Virus record (IMG/VR): IMGVR_UViG_3300032038_000076
Span: 845-64,844 of that record
Strand: one strand, 5' to 3'
Length of the DNA stretch: 64,000 nucleotides
DNA from: a virus
Taxonomy: Duplodnaviria > Caudoviricetes
In this document: positions 60,125 through 64,000 of the stretch, piece after piece
How positions within the stretch are numbered: position 1 is the first letter of the stretch
Layout: every line of letters starts with the position of its first letter
Made by a program: the position numbers and the translations under genes
Notes under the pieces: model-generated
What the model saw: only the letters and a program-made list of their open reading frames with translations
What the model was told of the DNA's origin: nothing
The model's database searches: none

Positions 60125-60673
60125 TCAATTGAGATAGCTTGCAACCGCTTCATTAAAGTTTACAACGGGAATATCTACGCCCATAAATCTATCATTTTTC
60201 TGAAAAGTGTGAGGAAATTCTTTAATAAATTTTGCTCTGCAATAACTTTCTGCGCCTTCTGCGGGTAAGTCCCCGCAATCAAAAACACTTTCAATAACTG
60301 CGTATCCAATGCTAAAATTTTTTCTATAGCTTTTGATTTCTTCTTTTAAACGCTGAGAAACTTTTCTTGTGGTTGTTCCAACTTTTGTAAATAAGAAGTC
60401 TCCTGCTTCATCATAGAATTTAAACAAATAGACTTTTTCTCCCGCTTCTTCTCCATTATCGACAAGAGAAATGATGGTATCTGAAAATGTTTTGACTGTT
60501 TTAACAATCATGTTTTCAGCATCTAAAATATATTTTCGGGCAAGGCTTTTTACTTTTGAATAAATTGTCTCTAAAGCTTCCCACCAATGTTTTTTCCATC
60601 TGATATTAGTATTCTCAAAACGATAAAGCGCACCCTCAAAATCATTGTCGTTAATATAATCTTGTCTGCTCAT
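60125..60673 (-). CDS. GIY-YIG/T5orf172-like protein (182 aa)
   Basis: VYLFKF...KVGTTTRKVSQRL...AE motif. Confidence 0.55.
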   Translation of the reverse strand: MSRQDYINDNDFEGALYRFENTNIRWKKHWWEALETIYSKVKSLARKYILDAENMIVKTVKTFSDTIISLVDNGEEAGEKVYLFKFYDEAGDFLFTKVGTTTRKVSQRLKEEIKSYRKNFSIGYAVIESVFDCGDLPAEGAESYCRAKFIKEFPHTFQKNDRFMGVDIPVVNFNEAVASYLN

Positions 60674-61309
60674 AATTAAATTTCCTTTGTGCTATTGTCT
60701 TTTGATGATTTAATTATAATACATGGGGAAAGAATTGTCAAGGGGTTTTTAAAAAATTTTTCGGCGCCGGGCAGGAGTTAGTCTGAACTAACTCCGCCTG
60801 CACCTCGCAATTCTCTGTTGATACTTCTGATAATCTGCTTTGTGTCAACTATCCCAATAGCGTCAATAGTAGAAGCTACAAGGTCTTCAAACAGCTGATG
60901 ATGAAGAGCAACCATACGTTCATGTTCGCGTTCTGCGCGCATTTTCTGCACCAATTCAAGGCAGGCATCAGTTTCTTCTTTTGTTAAGGTATAGCCTTTA
61001 ATAATTTCCATAGTTTTTTCCCCTTTCATGATTAGAGTATAGCACATCGGGTTTCATTTGTCAAGGGGTTTTCTAGTTGTTTTTTGTGAAGAGTTTTGAT
61101 TTTACTTACATCGGGTTATGCGCCCGAGAGAGGTTGTTTTCTTTCTCCCCTTGACAATTATTATTATAGCAAAAGGGTATTAGAATGTCAACAGTTTTTT
61201 TAAAAAAGTTGTTTAAACGAGTGGTGAAGCCCGGGCACGTCCCAAAACGCCCTCAATCTACGGATTTATTTCAATCACGATTCGGCACGTTTTGGGACGG
61301 TGGTGAGGG

Positions 61310-61651
61310 TTAAGCCCCCTCAGCCACACGGAAATAGGTTACCCGCTTCTCAGTGATACGTTCAAGAGTCTGAGCATCAACAAGCTGTTTCAGCAGAGCC
61401 GAAGCTTTCTGACCACTGAGATTGAAGTACGCCGCAACCTCAGAGGCACGCTTTGCGCCGTTCTCACTCACATAGGCGAAAATATCTTCCTTAAGGGACT
61501 CGTTCTCTACCTGCACCTTAGTGGGCTTCCGCTCACCACTTGCACGTTTCATCAGCTGACCCCTAAGGGCTTCAAGCTTCTCACGAACCTCATCATTGTC
61601 AACAGTAGCAAGGACATAATCAAGAGCGTTTACATAAGTCATTTTCGTCAT
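61310..61651 (-). CDS. Early wHTH family A, copy 4 (divergent)
   Basis: RKPTKVQVENE...LSGQKASALLKQL...KRVTYF. Confidence 0.75.
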   Translation of the reverse strand: MTKMTYVNALDYVLATVDNDEVREKLEALRGQLMKRASGERKPTKVQVENESLKEDIFAYVSENGAKRASEVAAYFNLSGQKASALLKQLVDAQTLERITEKRVTYFRVAEGA

Positions 61652-61769
61652 GGTTCATACCACCTTTCTTTTGTGAGCCGTAAGGCTTTCTTTGTTCTTT
61701 GTGATTTTATTATAATACCTATTCAGTTGTTTGTCAAGAGTTTTTTTAAAATTTTTTTAACTCTTGAAG

Positions 61770-61844
61770 CCCCCTCTGCGGGATTCGAACCCGCATTCAA
61801 CTCATCTGCAATGTAGCTGTTCTAACCAATTAAACTAAGAGGGG
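61770..61844 (-). tRNA. Degenerate tRNA (disrupted anticodon stem, possibly UGC)
   Basis: CCCCTCT/AGAGGGG acceptor, intact D and T arms. Confidence 0.55.
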
Positions 61845-63240
61845 AGATTTTGTAAGGGTTTTTGTTTCCCTCACCTTGTAACTGTATTATAACAAAGGGA
61901 TTTTGATTTGTAAACTGGTAAAATGCACAAAAATGAAATTAATTTTTGAAGTGTAGTTGTGCAGTTTTGCGGGCGCCCGGGGCGATTTGAGGGCCGAAGC
62001 CCTCTTAATTCAAACCTTAAATCTAATTTCTTCATAAATTTCACAAGCCCATTTTGCAAGATAATAGGCGTGAACAGGAAAGTTTAATTTACTAGCACAT
62101 TCAAAAATCCAAGGAACGATTTGATCATTCTTATCAAACCAATCGCACAGCTTAAAATCTGAAAAATAAAAAATACTATCGGGGTGTTTAGTGCTTGCTC
62201 CCCAAAGTTCCAAAATGGTTTCATGATCACTGATTCTTGAATACAGTTTATACATTTTAATTTTTCCTTTCTTAAATTAAACTTAAAATCTTTGCAACAG
62301 TAGGAATAAATAATGCCATAACCAACCAAAGAAGTAGATAATTATTGGTTTTAAAACCGCCTTCTCCATCAATATCACTTTGATGAATACAAGCAAGGAA
62401 TAATACAAAACACCAAATGAAAATATAAGCAACCATTAAGAATTTCATTTTTAAATACCTCTCTTTCATGATTAGATTATAGCAAATCAAGGAACCAATG
62501 TCAATCCCATTTTTAAATTTTTTTGCGGCGACCATGAATTTTTATATTATGCAGAACCATGACATCTAAACCTGTAGATTCTGCATCTTTGGCGTCGCTT
62601 TCCGCGACAAAACCATTAGTTTCAACAGTCCACATTGCGTAAGAATCTTCATCGGTATTTTTTACCATAACAATAAATTCATAATCTTCCGCCCAAGAAG
62701 GATAATCAAATTTCATTTTTAAAATCTCCTTTTCTTTTGATAATTGAATTATAACAAATTGAGGAACGATTGTCAATACCCTTTTTAAAATTTTGTGCGG
62801 TTGGCGCCCGGCTGGAGTTAGGTCGCCCCAACTCCAGATGCATTTATATAACTAGGTGCATGTTCTAATTCTTTTTTAAATTTCTGCCTTTCCGCAATCT
62901 TGCGCACTCTTGCTTTTGCGTATTCCTTTTCTTTCTCTGTGCGCTCATCGACTTCAGTCAGAAAAGTTTCGACAATCCGCGCACCATCTGCGGTTGCTTC
63001 TGTATAAGAAGTAGTTACGAAAGTTTCATTTCCACGGCGAACCTTATAATTTACACGTCTCATTTTTTATTCCCCTTTCAGTGTTTACGTTTTTCTTTTG
63101 ATAATGTTATTATAGCACACTCTAAAAATAATGCAAGTAATTTTTAAAGAAAAGGCGGAAAAATTTTATGCAAAAATTATAGGAAAAACAGCGCGGTTTT
63201 TGTGCAAGATGACTAAGTGCCCGGGCGCGACCTCAAGAGA

Positions 63241-63681
63241 TTAAAATCTCTTAAGGGTCGCAAGAATTTCTGTTACATCAAAGGCTTTGCCTGTCCAATT
63301 AATTCTATTTTTTTCTTCATCGTCAAAAAGGATATCATTTTCAGTTTTTGCAAAAATTTCTTTGGGAGTTCCGTATTTTACAATGTGGACTTCATCAAAT
63401 GCAACGCTTGCAAGATGTTTTCTCAGCCATTCCTGTTTTGCTTTTGTTACTTTTTCGTCATAATCTGTGGTGCTGTTTTTCGCTAACCAACTAATTACAC
63501 CGATTTTATAACCCTGTTTCTGCAGTCTGTTCAGAATCTTTGCAAGTGCGCTTAATCTAATCAGCGGTTTTGCGATTTCATAAGGCAGAGCATCCGCATT
63601 AATAAGATGTTCTAACCAATTTTCTACTCCATACAGATCGGCAATTGTTCCGTCCATGTCGAAGAAAATTGTTGCTGTCAT
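63241..63681 (-). CDS. HAD-family 5'(3')-nucleotidase-like protein (146 aa)
   Basis: FFDMDGT, ISW, K and LFDD motifs. Confidence 0.85.
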   Translation of the reverse strand: MTATIFFDMDGTIADLYGVENWLEHLINADALPYEIAKPLIRLSALAKILNRLQKQGYKIGVISWLAKNSTTDYDEKVTKAKQEWLRKHLASVAFDEVHIVKYGTPKEIFAKTENDILFDDEEKNRINWTGKAFDVTEILATLKRF

Positions 63682-64000
63682 TTTTTATTCCCCCTTTCTT
63701 TTTGTATCTTCATTATACTGCCATTCGTTCAATCTGTCAAGCGTTTTTAAAGAAATTTTTTTATATTTGATAGTCCGATTATCTAAACACCAATCGCAAC
63801 TACCATGATTCCGACAAGTGCAATCAATAGCTTTGCTTCCTCTATAGGGCTTTCTATGTTCTTTTCCGCTGTTTATTGCTTTATTAAGTGCCATTTTTAT
63901 TTCCCCCTTTTGTTTTTCTAATGATATTATAATATATTTTAAAAATTTTGTCAAGGGTTTATTTTAAAAATCCATATGGGGCGCCCGGGTAAATCGCCAA

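Larger units (their letters stand above)
53900..64000 (-). promoter_or_regulatory. Array of strong sigmaA-like early promoters, each preceded by a GCGCCCGGGCGC-type palindrome
   Basis: TTGACA-17-TATAAT before nearly every small gene; about 14 palindrome copies. Confidence 0.8.

Overview
Fragment of a large, AT-rich tailed phage genome. The host is probably a Bacillota/Firmicutes species (sigmaA-type promoters, AAGGAGG RBSs, GDPD gene); this is inference. The supplied ORF track is fragmented because TAG is read as a sense codon: long frames are interrupted only by TAG and essentially all genes end in TAA/TGA. Layout: (1) 1-31.8 kb, TAG-rich virion/lysis module: >2580-aa tape measure, 1505-aa tail/hub protein, NlpC/P60-CHAP-like hydrolase, RuvC-like resolvase, GDPD, 2210-aa tail fibre, holin-like gene. 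(2) 31.9-42.7 kb, a TAG-free DUF2828 (TROVE/vWA, Ro60-like) gene beside a dense minus-strand tRNA/ncRNA island. The island holds an amber suppressor tRNA(CUA), a tRNA-Tyr split by a PD-(D/E)XK nuclease ORF, six RNAs sharing a covarying terminal stem with a CAGCAA bulge (one is a circularly permuted, YrlA-like tRNA mimic), and several 270-650 nt structured spacers. (3) 42.7-64 kb, mostly TAG-free small early genes, a putative initiator gene plus origin-like region, and an array of promoter-bearing cassettes marked by a GC palindrome. Top leads: TAG may encode Glu (or mixed Glu/Gln) rather than the usual phage Gln, and a possible phage Ro60-like/Y-RNA-like system. All family assignments are from motif recognition; no searches were run.
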